Positions 19,674-30,283 of a DNA stretch of 64,000 nt are shown piece after piece. The notes under the pieces were generated by a model. It did not search any database, had not been told where the DNA came from, and saw nothing but the letters and a program-made list of their open reading frames with translations. The position numbers and the translations under genes were made by a program. Positions within the stretch are counted from its first letter, which is position 1. Each line of letters begins with the position of its first letter. This stretch comes from Candidatus Bathyarchaeota archaeon (GTDB lineage Archaea; Thermoproteota; CALKCG01; B24), in assembly GCA_018396755.1 (NCBI GenBank), contig JAGTQM010000004.1, positions 17,099 to 81,098 of the forward strand, given 5' to 3'.

Positions 19674-21348
19674 GCTTAATCCTCAATTTTTCAAGTTTAT
19701 TTATTTCAGATACGATATCTTCATCTCGAATTTTTCTAAATAAAGGTCTGGGTTTAGAAACTCTATGTCCGGGCTTAAGTATCTCTTTAAGAGAATTCCA
19801 CCTTACTGAGTTTAAGTCCTCAAGTATATTAAGCATGCGTCTAATCTCGGTTGCTGTAAACGGTAGGTATGGTATTAACAATATTGAAATAGCGTAGACT
19901 ATTTGAGAAGCTACGTAGAGTGTTGATGACGCGGCATCGGCGTCGTTCCAAGGCGTCTTAACGTTCAAATAGCTATTTCCAAGAGATGAAAGCTTCATAA
20001 TCTCCTTAAGACCTTTCTTAAATTCAAACCGCTCGATTTCCATCATTACTTTTTCGGCAGTTCTATTTATTTCACTGAGTATTTTCTTATCATATTCATT
20101 CAATTCGTCTGGTTCAGGAACGATTCCATTTGAAAGTTTGTGAAGAAGTGTTAAAACTCTATTTACAAAATTCGCAAGATTTGCGATAAGCTCATTGTTT
20201 ACCTTTGCTTGGAAATCTTTCCATTTAAAATCCGTATCTCTATGTTCTGGAGCTATTACTACAGCGTAGTACCGTATCATATCTGGATGAAATTTCTCAA
20301 GCATTTCATGAAGCCATATTACCCATCCTCTGCTGGTAGAAAGCTTCTCCCCTTCGAGATTAACGAACTCGCTTACTACAACGTTTTCCGGTAGAACATA
20401 ATCTCCATAGGCGATTAGAAGAGCTGGAAAAAGAATCGTATGGAAGAATAAATTGTCCTTACCTATAAAGCAGTAGAGTTCCACATCGCTTTTTTTCCAG
20501 TATTCAACCCACATTTCAGGCTTATTATGCTCAACAGCCCAGTGTTTTGTAGCAGATATGTAACCTAAGAGGTTTTCAGCCCAGTTGTATATAACTTGAC
20601 CTTTAGCTTTCGGAAAAGGGGCGGGCGGACCCCAATCGTAGTCTCTAGTTATGTCTTTATCTTTTAAACCCTCCTTCAGAAGCCAAGATAAGGTTTTGTT
20701 TAATGTAGCTTTTCTCCAATTGGAGCCTTTAAGCTTTACATACTGTAAAATTTTACCTGTGAGCATCGATAGTTTAAGAAAATAGTGAATGCTTTCTCTT
20801 AAAACTGGTTTAGTACCACAGATTGCACATTTGGGATCTATAAGCTCCCAAGCATCGTACCATCTTCCACATTTTTCACAGACATCACCATACTGGTCTG
20901 GGGCTCCACAATATGAACATACCCCCTTGACGAATCTATCTGGGAGAAAAGTATTACATTTTGGACAGAAAAGTTGTTTAATGTTTTTCTCATATATGAA
21001 GCCTCTATTGTAAAGGGTTTTATAGAATTCCTCGACTGTTTCAAAATGTATGGGTAGAGACGTTCTAGAGTATACGTCGAAGCTTATTCCGAGTTTTTCA
21101 AAGACAGTTTTCTGAATGACGTAGTTTCTATCGCACAACTCTTTCGGTTGAATCTTAAGCCGCATAGCCTCTAATATGACGGAAGTTGCATTTTCATCCG
21201 TACCGCATACGTATATTGCATCATCGCCTTTAAGCCTTCTATGTCTAACGTATATATCCGCAGGTAGGTATGCTCCTGCTAAATGTCCGAAATGTCTAGG
21301 AGCGTAAACATACGGTAAAGCCGCTGTAACCAGTACTCTTTTAGCCAT
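19639..21348 (-). CDS. metG: Methionyl-tRNA synthetase (no C-terminal dimerisation/OB domain)
   Basis: ALPYV..HFGH (HIGH), zinc-knuckle Cys pairs, FIGKDNLFFH, KLSTS (KMSKS). Confidence 0.95.
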   Translation of the reverse strand: MAKRVLVTAALPYVYAPRHFGHLAGAYLPADIYVRHRRLKGDDAIYVCGTDENATSVILEAMRLKIQPKELCDRNYVIQKTVFEKLGISFDVYSRTSLPIHFETVEEFYKTLYNRGFIYEKNIKQLFCPKCNTFLPDRFVKGVCSYCGAPDQYGDVCEKCGRWYDAWELIDPKCAICGTKPVLRESIHYFLKLSMLTGKILQYVKLKGSNWRKATLNKTLSWLLKEGLKDKDITRDYDWGPPAPFPKAKGQVIYNWAENLLGYISATKHWAVEHNKPEMWVEYWKKSDVELYCFIGKDNLFFHTILFPALLIAYGDYVLPENVVVSEFVNLEGEKLSTSRGWVIWLHEMLEKFHPDMIRYYAVVIAPEHRDTDFKWKDFQAKVNNELIANLANFVNRVLTLLHKLSNGIVPEPDELNEYDKKILSEINRTAEKVMMEIERFEFKKGLKEIMKLSSLGNSYLNVKTPWNDADAASSTLYVASQIVYAISILLIPYLPFTATEIRRMLNILEDLNSVRWNSLKEILKPGHRVSKPRPLFRKIRDEDIVSEINKLEKLRIKHEIKTGSSRSH

Positions 21349-21545
21349 GTTTGTTAATCTAACAGATGGCCGCCTCCTTAAAAGAATTACTTTTAAACGT
21401 CCTGAGTTTAAGGAGATGAAATTATTTATCCAAAAATCGACTATTTATTCAAGTTTTAAACTTCTAACGTTAGCGGAAATCCATACTTAATCTATGTGAA
21501 AACCTTTTACATAAAGGTTAAAGTAGTGGTTAATGCTTATTTTTC

Positions 21546-21968
21546 TTGGGCATTATGACTTCAGTAAGCTACGAGGACATGCTTAAAAGAGCTTTATCAT
21601 CTTTACCTAGGAAACCTCTTCAATCTGAGAGGTTGAAAATTCCATCGGCCGACGTCATCGTAGTGGGAAACCGTACTCTAGTGCGAAACTTTAGAGAAAT
21701 TGCATCGATCATAAATAGGGACCCAGAGCATTTATTAAAATTCCTCTGCAAGGAGGCAGGTTCAGCTGGCACTTTGAAAGACGATATAGCTGAAATACAT
21801 GGAAGGTTCGATAGATCTACATTAAACAAGCTTATAGAGAGATACGTACAGAATTTTGTACTATGTAAGGTTTGCATGAGACCTGATACGCATCTCAAGA
21901 AATACGGACGCTTTCTCTACATAGAGTGCGACGCGTGTGGGGCTTCGTCACCAATAATATCGAGGTGA
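21546..21968 (+). CDS. eif2b: Translation initiation factor aIF-2 beta subunit
   Basis: GNRTLVRNF..INRDPEHLLKF, CKVCMRPDT, CDACGA. Confidence 0.92.
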   Translation: MGIMTSVSYEDMLKRALSSLPRKPLQSERLKIPSADVIVVGNRTLVRNFREIASIINRDPEHLLKFLCKEAGSAGTLKDDIAEIHGRFDRSTLNKLIERYVQNFVLCKVCMRPDTHLKKYGRFLYIECDACGASSPIISR

Positions 21969-22273
21969 AATATTTGTGTAGTGTCTACGTTAAAGTTCAT
22001 AGATTTCAAGGTTATGTGCTTGTAGCTGTATGTGATGAAGAGCTTCTTGGGAAAATTCTAAACGAGAGGGATATATGCTTCGATGTTAGCGAAAAATTCT
22101 TTAAAGGGCTTAAAATGAGTGTGGAAGAAGCTATAGCTCTTATTCGAAATGCCGATACTGCTAATTTAATAGGTGTTACGATTGTGAATAGAGCTGTGGA
22201 AGAGAGGCTTGTACATCCAGAGGCTGTTGCGAATATAGCTGGCATACCTCATGCTCAAATAGTTAAGCTTTAA
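21926..22273 (+). CDS. DUF424 family protein
   Basis: LVAVCDEELLG, FFKG, ANLIG, GIPHAQ; the start is probably near 21965. Confidence 0.85.
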   Translation: MRRVWGFVTNNIEVKYLCSVYVKVHRFQGYVLVAVCDEELLGKILNERDICFDVSEKFFKGLKMSVEEAIALIRNADTANLIGVTIVNRAVEERLVHPEAVANIAGIPHAQIVKL

Positions 22274-22278
22274 TCTAG

Positions 22279-23127
22279 GTGCTTCTTATGAAGGACTACG
22301 CGGCTATTACTCTGAAACCGCTCTTCCCAGAACCTGCACTTCTAATTCAACGTGAAGATTACACAGTTTTAACCGTGGCGGACCTTCACATAGGCTGGGA
22401 AAGCTCTTTATCCGATTATGGAATATATATTCCATCTCAGACTAAGAGGCTTTTAAAAAAGCTAGTGGAATTATTGACGACGCTTAAACCTCAAATACTC
22501 ATACTTTTAGGTGACGTTAAACATGCTATTGTAAAATTTGAGAAAACCGAGTGGGTAGACGTACCCGAGTTTCTTAAGACTACTAAGAACTTAGTTGAAA
22601 AGGTGGTTATAGTTCCTGGGAATCATGATGGAGATTTAGAAACCTTAACACCGGAAGGTATTGAAATAGTGGAATCTGGTGGATTAGCACTCTGGGATGA
22701 AGTGGGTTTTTTCCATGGACATTCTTGGCCTAAACCTGAGCTTTTCAAATGTCAAACTCTCGTTATAGGTCATATACATCCAGCCATAGCTTTTAGGGAT
22801 AGGTTTAACAGTAGATTTCTTAAAAGAGTCTGGGTTAAGGCTCATATAGAACCTGAGCGTTTAAAACAACATTTGAGTAAGAGAATTAAAACTAACAATT
22901 TTAAGCTTCGTTTTAAGAGATTGATAATAATGCCTAGCTTTAACGATTTCATGAGAGGGCAAGCTATAAACGAAGACGATTTTGAGGAGACGGCCATTGG
23001 AGCGATAAGCCCCATACTGAGAACTGGTTGCATAGACATGAAAAACTCTGAAATTTATCTGTTAGATGGCATATATGTAGGCTCATTTAAGGATGTTAGG
23101 GAAATCACTCGTACACCATTACTTTAA
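22279..23127 (+). CDS. Calcineurin-like metallophosphoesterase
   Basis: ADLHIG, LGDVKH, GNHD, HGH, GHIHP, MPSFN. Confidence 0.88.
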   Translation: MLLMKDYAAITLKPLFPEPALLIQREDYTVLTVADLHIGWESSLSDYGIYIPSQTKRLLKKLVELLTTLKPQILILLGDVKHAIVKFEKTEWVDVPEFLKTTKNLVEKVVIVPGNHDGDLETLTPEGIEIVESGGLALWDEVGFFHGHSWPKPELFKCQTLVIGHIHPAIAFRDRFNSRFLKRVWVKAHIEPERLKQHLSKRIKTNNFKLRFKRLIIMPSFNDFMRGQAINEDDFEETAIGAISPILRTGCIDMKNSEIYLLDGIYVGSFKDVREITRTPLL

Positions 23128-23139
23128 AAAGTTATGAAA

Positions 23140-23982
23140 TTATGGTAAGTACTGAGATAGGGTTTTCTTACCTATTAGAAGTCCTTTACGGAATCCCTCA
23201 GCGTCTTCGAAGAATGGGTCTTCATGTTCTATGCTTAATACGTAGTCGTATCCTATCTCTATTAGAGTCGCTATGAAGCGACGCCAATCTATGTCTCCTA
23301 GACCTGGTATTCTAAACCTCCACCATCCGCTGCCCGTATACCCTACGTATGCTAGTCTACTTTTTATCACTTCTGTGTCTTTACAGTGAGTGTGATAGAT
23401 TCTTCCACCGAACTTCTTTAATACTGCTATATAGTCTATGAATTGGAAGACGAGATGTGAAGGATCGAATTCAAGTCCGAAATACTTAGATTGAACTATT
23501 TTAAACATTTCATCCCATACGTCCGGTCTATAGGCGATATTCGCCATACAGTTCTCTATTGCAATCTTAACGTCGTGTTTTTCAGCATAATCTACAAGGC
23601 TTGGAAAGACTTCGGTAAAGGCTTTGATGTTTGCACCAATACCTCCCGGTACCATGCCAATCCAAGTAGCTACTACTGGTATTTCCAGTTTATTAGCCAT
23701 TTCTATAATTTTCTTTAAATGTTCATTTCTGGTCTGTCTAGCTTGAATGTTTAAATCTATATGATTAACACACCACGTTAAGCAAGATACTATAACGTTT
23801 GACTCTTTCAGCGTTTTCTTTACTTCAGCAACATAGTCGGCGTTATTGACCTTAGTCGGGTCTATTAAAGGGCTACCTGGCTCTGAGGAAACCTCGATGG
23901 CTCCGAAACCATTCTCTTCAGCCCACTTAAGAGTTTGAGTTAAATTTCCAAGCTGTCCACCTGTTAAAAAACCTATTCTCAT
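23140..23982 (-). CDS. Sugar phosphate isomerase/epimerase (xylose-isomerase-like TIM barrel)
   Basis: IAIENC, FDPSHL, HTHCKD, RIPGLGDIDW, LSIEHED; likely start MRIGFLT at 23982. Confidence 0.85.
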   Translation of the reverse strand: MRIGFLTGGQLGNLTQTLKWAEENGFGAIEVSSEPGSPLIDPTKVNNADYVAEVKKTLKESNVIVSCLTWCVNHIDLNIQARQTRNEHLKKIIEMANKLEIPVVATWIGMVPGGIGANIKAFTEVFPSLVDYAEKHDVKIAIENCMANIAYRPDVWDEMFKIVQSKYFGLEFDPSHLVFQFIDYIAVLKKFGGRIYHTHCKDTEVIKSRLAYVGYTGSGWWRFRIPGLGDIDWRRFIATLIEIGYDYVLSIEHEDPFFEDAEGFRKGLLIGKKTLSQYLP

Positions 23983-24132
23983 ATGTATCACTAAAACGTA
24001 GATAGTGCAACTCTTATATTTAGTCTTCCTCGCGAATACTTGATTCAACAGTTATAAGGGAGTCCGGAAACCTCACCTAAACGCATCCATATATTGTAAA
24101 AATATAGTTTTCTCATCTATAGTGTGGATCAG

Positions 24133-25560
24133 TTATATGTTAAGAGTAGCAGGTTTAATAGTCCACGTTTGAAGTTTAGCTAGTTCTACGAGGTTCCAGG
24201 CTTCGAAGTCCTTTGGGAAGATTATCCACCTCCAGCAGCTTTTAGCGCCTTCAATACTCACGTAGCTATCCGGCTCAAATCTTCCCTCAATTAGCCTAAC
24301 CTCTTCAGGTTTTTCTCCTCTGTAGAGTTCCATATATAGTTCTGCTTCGGAAGCTAGGAAATCAACTGGGCTTACTTTTACACTGTTGATTTCAATAGAG
24401 TCTGGAATTCTATTATTTGATTCTATGAAAAGCTTAACATCGTAGGAGACTTTGAGAAACTCTTCAAGCTTAACCATATCTAGAGAATCGGACTTGAAGA
24501 GCCTATATGGTCCAAGGGGATAATTATTCTTAACTTTGCTCGGCAATATTCCATTTGTTTTATATTCTGCAAGACTTGCAGTTATTAACCAGAAAATTTC
24601 AGAAGCTGAAACATATGCATTGTTAATTTCTCTAAACGATATGCTTATAAGATCAGACGCTAGACAAGCTATTTCATTTTTATTGAAAAACCTGTTTAAA
24701 GCGTAGTCTCTAAATAGATGATGTAGTTCGCTGGCGGTAACAACTTCAACAAATGGCTTCGATTTTACATGCTTCACAAATTTATCGAAATCAACATAAC
24801 CTGCGTCAATCCAATCTCTAGGCTTTAACTCAGCTGGTTTAAGCCAGTTCATAGGTGTATTCAATCCTCCGGAAAAGTTTACGGCATCCCAGAACTCTTT
24901 AGTTACTAAAGTACATGGATGATTGAAGACGCTTATAATCCCCCATTTGTCACCATCTAATATTCGTTGGTAAATTTCATTAAATTCGCCGATAGCTTTA
25001 TCTATAAAACCTGAGATGCCCAGTTCAAAGTTCAACCCTATTACGCCTCCTCTAAAACCAGTCAAATTAAGGATGTTAAGTATACCACAGTACCAGAATG
25101 GTCTTCCATAGAGATCTATGAAATCTGTGAGGTCTAGATATGTCGGGATTTCAAGAAGTTTTAAAGCTAAATAGACCTGTGGAGCCCATGCTCCTCCAGG
25201 TTGGCCATAGCATGAGGGTATCGCATTGAAAACACGTTTAATATCTTCCACGCCTTCTCTCTCACTTTTTAAGAATTCTAAAGCCCCCTCTTCAAAACCC
25301 ATATCTTTAAGATACTCAGCGACTGTTGGATGGACTGAGTGATAATTTGTATGGTAGCCTATTTCATGGTGTTTAAGAGCCTCTATAACATCCCATCTCC
25401 TTCTTCTCTCAAGAGTTCTAAGCTTCTCGCCTACTAGTTTGAAAACTCCTCTGACGTTGTTTGCGCTAAGTATTTCTGCAAGCCTTTTAAGAGCGTCGTC
25501 GCTTTCAGGAGTGATGAAATCTTCACAGTCAAACCAGAAAACGACAAATATTTTACTCAA
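24133..25560 (-). CDS. Polysaccharide deacetylase-like (NodB-type) hypothetical protein
   Basis: FWFDCED, HEIGYHTNYHSVHP, GQPGGAWAP, NHP. Confidence 0.55.
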   Translation of the reverse strand: MSKIFVVFWFDCEDFITPESDDALKRLAEILSANNVRGVFKLVGEKLRTLERRRRWDVIEALKHHEIGYHTNYHSVHPTVAEYLKDMGFEEGALEFLKSEREGVEDIKRVFNAIPSCYGQPGGAWAPQVYLALKLLEIPTYLDLTDFIDLYGRPFWYCGILNILNLTGFRGGVIGLNFELGISGFIDKAIGEFNEIYQRILDGDKWGIISVFNHPCTLVTKEFWDAVNFSGGLNTPMNWLKPAELKPRDWIDAGYVDFDKFVKHVKSKPFVEVVTASELHHLFRDYALNRFFNKNEIACLASDLISISFREINNAYVSASEIFWLITASLAEYKTNGILPSKVKNNYPLGPYRLFKSDSLDMVKLEEFLKVSYDVKLFIESNNRIPDSIEINSVKVSPVDFLASEAELYMELYRGEKPEEVRLIEGRFEPDSYVSIEGAKSCWRWIIFPKDFEAWNLVELAKLQTWTIKPATLNI

Positions 25561-25635
25561 AACCCCTCCCCGCCATCAAGACTAACATACGATTTATAAG
25601 CCTATTATAAACACTATCACTCTACTTAGAAATAG

Positions 25636-26286
25636 GTGGTTACAATGGGCACCGATATATCTGTTGAAGAAATTCAGGCGAGAATCCGGAGAAGCGTAAC
25701 AAGAACCATTTGGTATACGTTTATATGCGCCTTTCTACTGTTAACATCGAACTTACTATTTAAAACTGTAATTGGAAGATTTTTCCCATTATTTCTAGAG
25801 TACGAAATATACGTCAACGTTGTAATAATCCTTGGCTTAGGATATCTTATAATAAATTCTACGTCGAATGTAATTTATTGGGCTATAAGGAGGAGACTTG
25901 ACCATGCTATGGCAACACTATTTAGAACTACTATGCGAATAGTGGGAATAGCTACTCTACTAGCAGTATTAACGTCAGTTTTCAACATAAACCCAGCCAC
26001 TGCATTAACAATAGGTTCTTTCACAGGTATGGTTATTGGTTTTGCTACGCAAACGGTTCTTGGGCAAGCAGTGGCGGGAATGTTTCTCGTCCTCTTGAGG
26101 CCCTTCAAACCAGGAGATGTAATAACCGTCGTCGGGCAAAGAGGCATAGTTAAAGATATAGGGATTATGCACACAGTACTGGTATCTGAAGACGGCTCTA
26201 ATGAAATACTAATACCCAGCAGTAGTATAATTACTGCGATAATTGTAAAAGTTAGAAAACCTAAGACGGAAGACGACTTCGGCTGA
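25636..26286 (+). CDS. Small-conductance mechanosensitive channel (MscS family), short form
   Basis: GFATQTVLGQAVAG, RPFKPGDVI, GIVKDIGIMHT. Confidence 0.85.
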   Translation: MVTMGTDISVEEIQARIRRSVTRTIWYTFICAFLLLTSNLLFKTVIGRFFPLFLEYEIYVNVVIILGLGYLIINSTSNVIYWAIRRRLDHAMATLFRTTMRIVGIATLLAVLTSVFNINPATALTIGSFTGMVIGFATQTVLGQAVAGMFLVLLRPFKPGDVITVVGQRGIVKDIGIMHTVLVSEDGSNEILIPSSSIITAIIVKVRKPKTEDDFG

Positions 26287-26321
26287 TAGCCTCCACATAC
26301 GTGGAGAAACGCTTCTGGTTG

Positions 26322-28103
26322 TCAAAAATCCATAGCATTATAAATTTTCTCAGGCAGACCTGGAGCCTGCTGATCCAAGTAGTACTTGCTCTTAATAATC
26401 ATAGCTTTTAAAAGTGCCCTCATATCATCCATACTATTATACGTAAACGGGTCTAATTCTCTAAGCCTTTCCTGCGAAATCCCTTCAACATAAACTGGTA
26501 CAAGAACTTTTTCACTCCATATAGGGTGCGGTTTGTATTTAACAGCCCCTCTAACCGCCTGAAGTAGAAATAGCTCTGTTTCTTCAATTGTTGGCGACGT
26601 ACCGCCGACAGGTTTAGGAATACCATTAGGACCTTTTACGAGCTTCGTTCGAGGCATTAGGTACTCTCTATCTCCAAGCTTCTCCTCAACCCATTCATAT
26701 TCTGCACTTATCTTACCAGTTGTATTGATTAAGTAGATCTCCACTGGCTGTCCCTTGTTTTTCAGCTTTTCTAAATTCTCATAAAACCTAACTATGTGTG
26801 CGGTATTAGATACACCCATTGTGAAAGGTAGACAGTACCTACTCTCGTAAATCTCCTTACCAATGGCAGATATGGACTGAGCAGGGTGGCCAACGGTCCT
26901 TCCATCAGCCAACACTTTAGCGGCGAAAGCTATATCTTCTATTCGACACCACGCGTAATCATGTATATTTCCCGGGCTTATGAAAACTGCTACGTTTAGA
27001 GGGCCGCTGGAATCTATATCGCCATTGAAATATCCGGTATCTTCCAAGTAGAACACGCTTCTAGCGTTTCTATTGGGAAGGCCATAATATTGGAACAGCT
27101 TTCCCTCAAAACTCGGGTTTCCATTGAAATCGAACTCAGTATTCTCATGTAAAGCTCTCGGAGAATTTGCAGCCTTCCATATTGGGAATTGAGTTTCATC
27201 AATATCTTCTGTTTTGGTCCAAGAGCCTCTTTCAGACCCGTAAACACGGTCTTCGAAGATAGCTACAATATCGTCGTTTTTTATTACTTGGTGGAAAACG
27301 TATTCCGTTGGATCTACTCCAAACTTCTCTATGAAGATTCGCCTATTGTACTCACTGAAAACGTACATGCTATGTGTAGATTTTCCAGTTCCACTTAACC
27401 CCCAAATACACATTACAATTCTCTTTAGAGAGCCGTCTACCCTCTTAACAGTAAACTCTTTCAGAGAAGCATGCTCACCACATCCGCCCTTCTTATAAAC
27501 GTAGTAGATCCAATGTGACAATACTCCTTTCTTCACCTCTCCCTGATACGAGCTACATGTAATAATAGTATAGTTGTGAAAGGGAAAGCGGAGTACTCGA
27601 AGCATTTGATCAGAACCTGGTACGTTAGGGTTTCCAAGATAATGTGGAATCGCTATGACCATGATTTCTGGCTCTTCATCAGAAGGAGCTGGAAAATTCA
27701 ACTGAGACCATCTATAGGCTATGTCTGGAAACTGAGGATCACAGTAGAGTCTCGCATGCATTCTAACTGGTGATTTTTCTGAACCAATATAGCAATCCAC
27801 TTGAATTAGAGGACCTTGCGCTAAAACATGTTCAAGAACCCTCATCATGAGAAACCTATGCTCATCCTTTAATTCTTCATCATTTGTTATTACGACGCTT
27901 CCCGCGGCAGATCTATGCCAAATATTTGAAGTCCAACCCCAAGATCCATTTTTGAACTGTACCCCATATAGTTTTGCTCGCTCAAAAAGATCGGGCGGAT
28001 TATTTAGAATGGCTTTAATACCTGCCGCCTCCTTAAGCTTGAGGATCTTTTTAAATGCCTGTTTAAAGCCTTCAATAGTTATATCCTCCATCTTAATAAG
28101 CAA
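26322..28103 (-). CDS. pckA: Phosphoenolpyruvate carboxykinase (ATP), divergent archaeal type
   Basis: YQGEVKKG, GEHAS, GLSGTGKST P-loop, KNDD, KTED, HENT, NARS, LINTTG. Confidence 0.75.
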   Translation of the reverse strand: MLIKMEDITIEGFKQAFKKILKLKEAAGIKAILNNPPDLFERAKLYGVQFKNGSWGWTSNIWHRSAAGSVVITNDEELKDEHRFLMMRVLEHVLAQGPLIQVDCYIGSEKSPVRMHARLYCDPQFPDIAYRWSQLNFPAPSDEEPEIMVIAIPHYLGNPNVPGSDQMLRVLRFPFHNYTIITCSSYQGEVKKGVLSHWIYYVYKKGGCGEHASLKEFTVKRVDGSLKRIVMCIWGLSGTGKSTHSMYVFSEYNRRIFIEKFGVDPTEYVFHQVIKNDDIVAIFEDRVYGSERGSWTKTEDIDETQFPIWKAANSPRALHENTEFDFNGNPSFEGKLFQYYGLPNRNARSVFYLEDTGYFNGDIDSSGPLNVAVFISPGNIHDYAWCRIEDIAFAAKVLADGRTVGHPAQSISAIGKEIYESRYCLPFTMGVSNTAHIVRFYENLEKLKNKGQPVEIYLINTTGKISAEYEWVEEKLGDREYLMPRTKLVKGPNGIPKPVGGTSPTIEETELFLLQAVRGAVKYKPHPIWSEKVLVPVYVEGISQERLRELDPFTYNSMDDMRALLKAMIIKSKYYLDQQAPGLPEKIYNAMDF

Positions 28104-28359
28104 CTTTAATCACCTCATGACATAGGTCCTTGAAGAATGTTGAGGTCAGCTTTTGAACAATCATAGGAAGGTGAGAGGGACTCAGCTTATTTATAAGGAG
28201 CAGCATATTATCTGTCGTTTTCTTCAGCAGGATGACCCTGAGTTTGATTAAAACTCTAGAAGGAATATTTAAACTTTTTGATATTACTAAGAATAATATT
28301 ATTCAAATAGTGAAAAATTAAAAATTCTTCAGGATAAATACGTATCATTATAAGGTTTT

Positions 28360-29271
28360 TTAAATGAAATCCTTAAGATATTTAAGAGATTCTTTAAGGT
28401 TTTCAAGCACTCTATCATCATCTTCTTCGAAAGGCGGTATGTACTCAAGCATAAGATAGGTTTCTGATGCACCTGAATCTTCAATGGCTTCAATAACTTT
28501 CCTAGGATCTATGATACCGATTCTATTGTAATTTTCCGTGAAAGGCCAATGTCTATCTCCTTTTCCATCAGTCTGTTGCATGTGTATAACTGGTGAAAGT
28601 GTACCTAGTTCTCTCAGCCAACTATATGGATCTGCATCTTTGCCGGACACGTTGATTGTACACTGGTGGCCAAGGTCTATTGCAAGCTTAACGGGTGTTC
28701 CTCCCCTACCATTTACCATTTCAAGTATACGTTTCGCATCTTCTATTGTCGCAGGTGGCTCTCTTAAAACGGGCATAGGCTCCCACAATAGCATTTTAAG
28801 ATCCATAGACTTAGCGTAGAATGAGAGGTACTTAACATAGTCCACTAAAATAGACTCTATGAACTTTCTACGTTCCAGCTTTCTAAAATCATTGTAACTC
28901 TGAGCTGCAATATGGCCGCCCGTTACATCTACACCCATAAGTGAAGTAACTTCTATAGCTCTCCTATACCAATCTAACGCATCAACACGCATACCGGCAT
29001 CCGGATGTGTTAGAAGATTCATCGAGTATGCAGCTAAACCAGTAAAAGTTGAATGTATTTTAACACCATACTCAGACGACACGTCTTTAATTCTACGGAT
29101 CATGTTTGATAAAGCGGGCTCAGAGGTCTTAGGGTCGAGAAGGTCAAACGAAAACTGAACGTTTTCAACATCCATTTGTCTACATATTTCAATCCATTCT
29201 TCTGGAAGAGGCCATCTTTTAACAGCCCAACAGTTGTTCCAGCCTAAATATACCTTAACCATTTTAACCAC
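28360..29271 (-). CDS. EryC-like sugar-phosphate 3-epimerase (TIM barrel)
   Basis: KRWPLPEEW, WEPMPVLRE, DLGH, DPYSW, SPVIHMQQTDGKGDRHWPFT; resembles D-erythrulose-1-phosphate 3-epimerase as recalled. Confidence 0.7.
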   Translation of the reverse strand: MVKMVKVYLGWNNCWAVKRWPLPEEWIEICRQMDVENVQFSFDLLDPKTSEPALSNMIRRIKDVSSEYGVKIHSTFTGLAAYSMNLLTHPDAGMRVDALDWYRRAIEVTSLMGVDVTGGHIAAQSYNDFRKLERRKFIESILVDYVKYLSFYAKSMDLKMLLWEPMPVLREPPATIEDAKRILEMVNGRGGTPVKLAIDLGHQCTINVSGKDADPYSWLRELGTLSPVIHMQQTDGKGDRHWPFTENYNRIGIIDPRKVIEAIEDSGASETYLMLEYIPPFEEDDDRVLENLKESLKYLKDFI

Positions 29272-29313
29272 CTAACTCACTAGATTAATCTCTTCTAGTG
29301 AATATTAATCCTT

Positions 29314-29400
29314 TCACTTCCGTTTTCTGAACGACATTACTCTGTTGAAAGCCGTCATATGTTCTTTCGTGAGCTCTATGAGCTTACTGGCAGGATCTTC
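29314..29400 (-). mobile_element. Degenerate integrase 3'-end repeat copy
   Basis: Reads SKLIELTKEHMTAFNRVMSFRKRK*. DNA ttcaacagagtaatgtcgttcagaaaacggaagtgaaagg resembles 17941-17979. Confidence 0.6.
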
Positions 29401-29613
29401 TGTCTACTATCTCCTCTAACATTACAGATATATTCGCAGGAAAAACCTGGATGAATCTTCCTTTTCGGAAAGGTGAAGGTCTGTGAGAATAGGGTTTAGA
29501 CGGGAAGACACAATACTTCGTAGATCACACTAGGTACAACACCATAGTTCTTTCATTCAAAGTTTAAAGAGGGCTAGGACCTGTTTAAGGATAAGGATGT
29601 TTTAATGGTTATT

Positions 29614-30030
29614 CTATACTTCGCGTGGGTCGATTCTTTTTATCCCTGGTATGATGTTGAAGACTGTGTCTGTTGATATTATTGTGTGGTCTGGGATTTG
29701 ATTGAGGGCTGTGGCGGCGTAGTAGGCGTCGAATATTGAGTTGATTCCATACTGCCTTATTAGTGCTAAAGCTAAAAGATCGATTTCATATGTAGTTTCG
29801 AGGAAAATTAGATTTTCTATGGCGGTTAAGGCAGCGAATCTAGTGATAAGTTCATCGGTGGAAACGCCTTCCTCCCTTGAAACGTAGTATATTTCGTGAA
29901 GACTTTCTCTTGAAGCGTAAACTGCGCCGAGCTCCCCCCTCGCGATTTTCAGCATAACTTTGTTGGCGGTCGGCTTTAACCAATCCTCCTTTTTGATGTA
30001 AGCGTATAGAATGTCTGTTTCAATCATCAA
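29614..30030 (-). CDS. vapC: PIN-domain (VapC) toxin
   Basis: IETDILYA, SLHEI, IFDAYYAATAL, IISTDTVF. Confidence 0.88.
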   Translation of the reverse strand: MMIETDILYAYIKKEDWLKPTANKVMLKIARGELGAVYASRESLHEIYYVSREEGVSTDELITRFAALTAIENLIFLETTYEIDLLALALIRQYGINSIFDAYYAATALNQIPDHTIISTDTVFNIIPGIKRIDPREV

Positions 30031-30275
30031 AATTGTTTCCTCCTTTTTGCTCGTTTAACAGTGTCTTCTCTAGCGGCTCGCTCCGCCAAAGTCTTCAATT
30101 CTCTTCTATCTTTCTCAGTGGCTAACCATCCTCCCGCTTTTTCATGGGGTGTTTTTGGAAGTGGAATTGCAATGAAGAAAGAGCCTGCTGGTATAATTAT
30201 GGTTCTAGTCTCCCTAATGCCCAGCTCTTTAGGGATAGTCATCCTCCCCCTTTCATCGACTTTAACTACAGCCAT
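30027..30275 (-). CDS. vapB: AbrB/MazE/SpoVT-type antitoxin (VapB)
   Basis: VKVDERGRMTIPKELG; overlaps the downstream PIN gene. Confidence 0.85.
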   Translation of the reverse strand: MAVVKVDERGRMTIPKELGIRETRTIIIPAGSFFIAIPLPKTPHEKAGGWLATEKDRRELKTLAERAAREDTVKRAKRRKQF

Positions 30276-30283
30276 AAAATATT

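Noticed and set aside
19639-21348. MetRS lacking its C-terminal domain as a possible truncation
   Set aside because: Short MetRS forms are common in archaea, and the catalytic and anticodon domains are complete.
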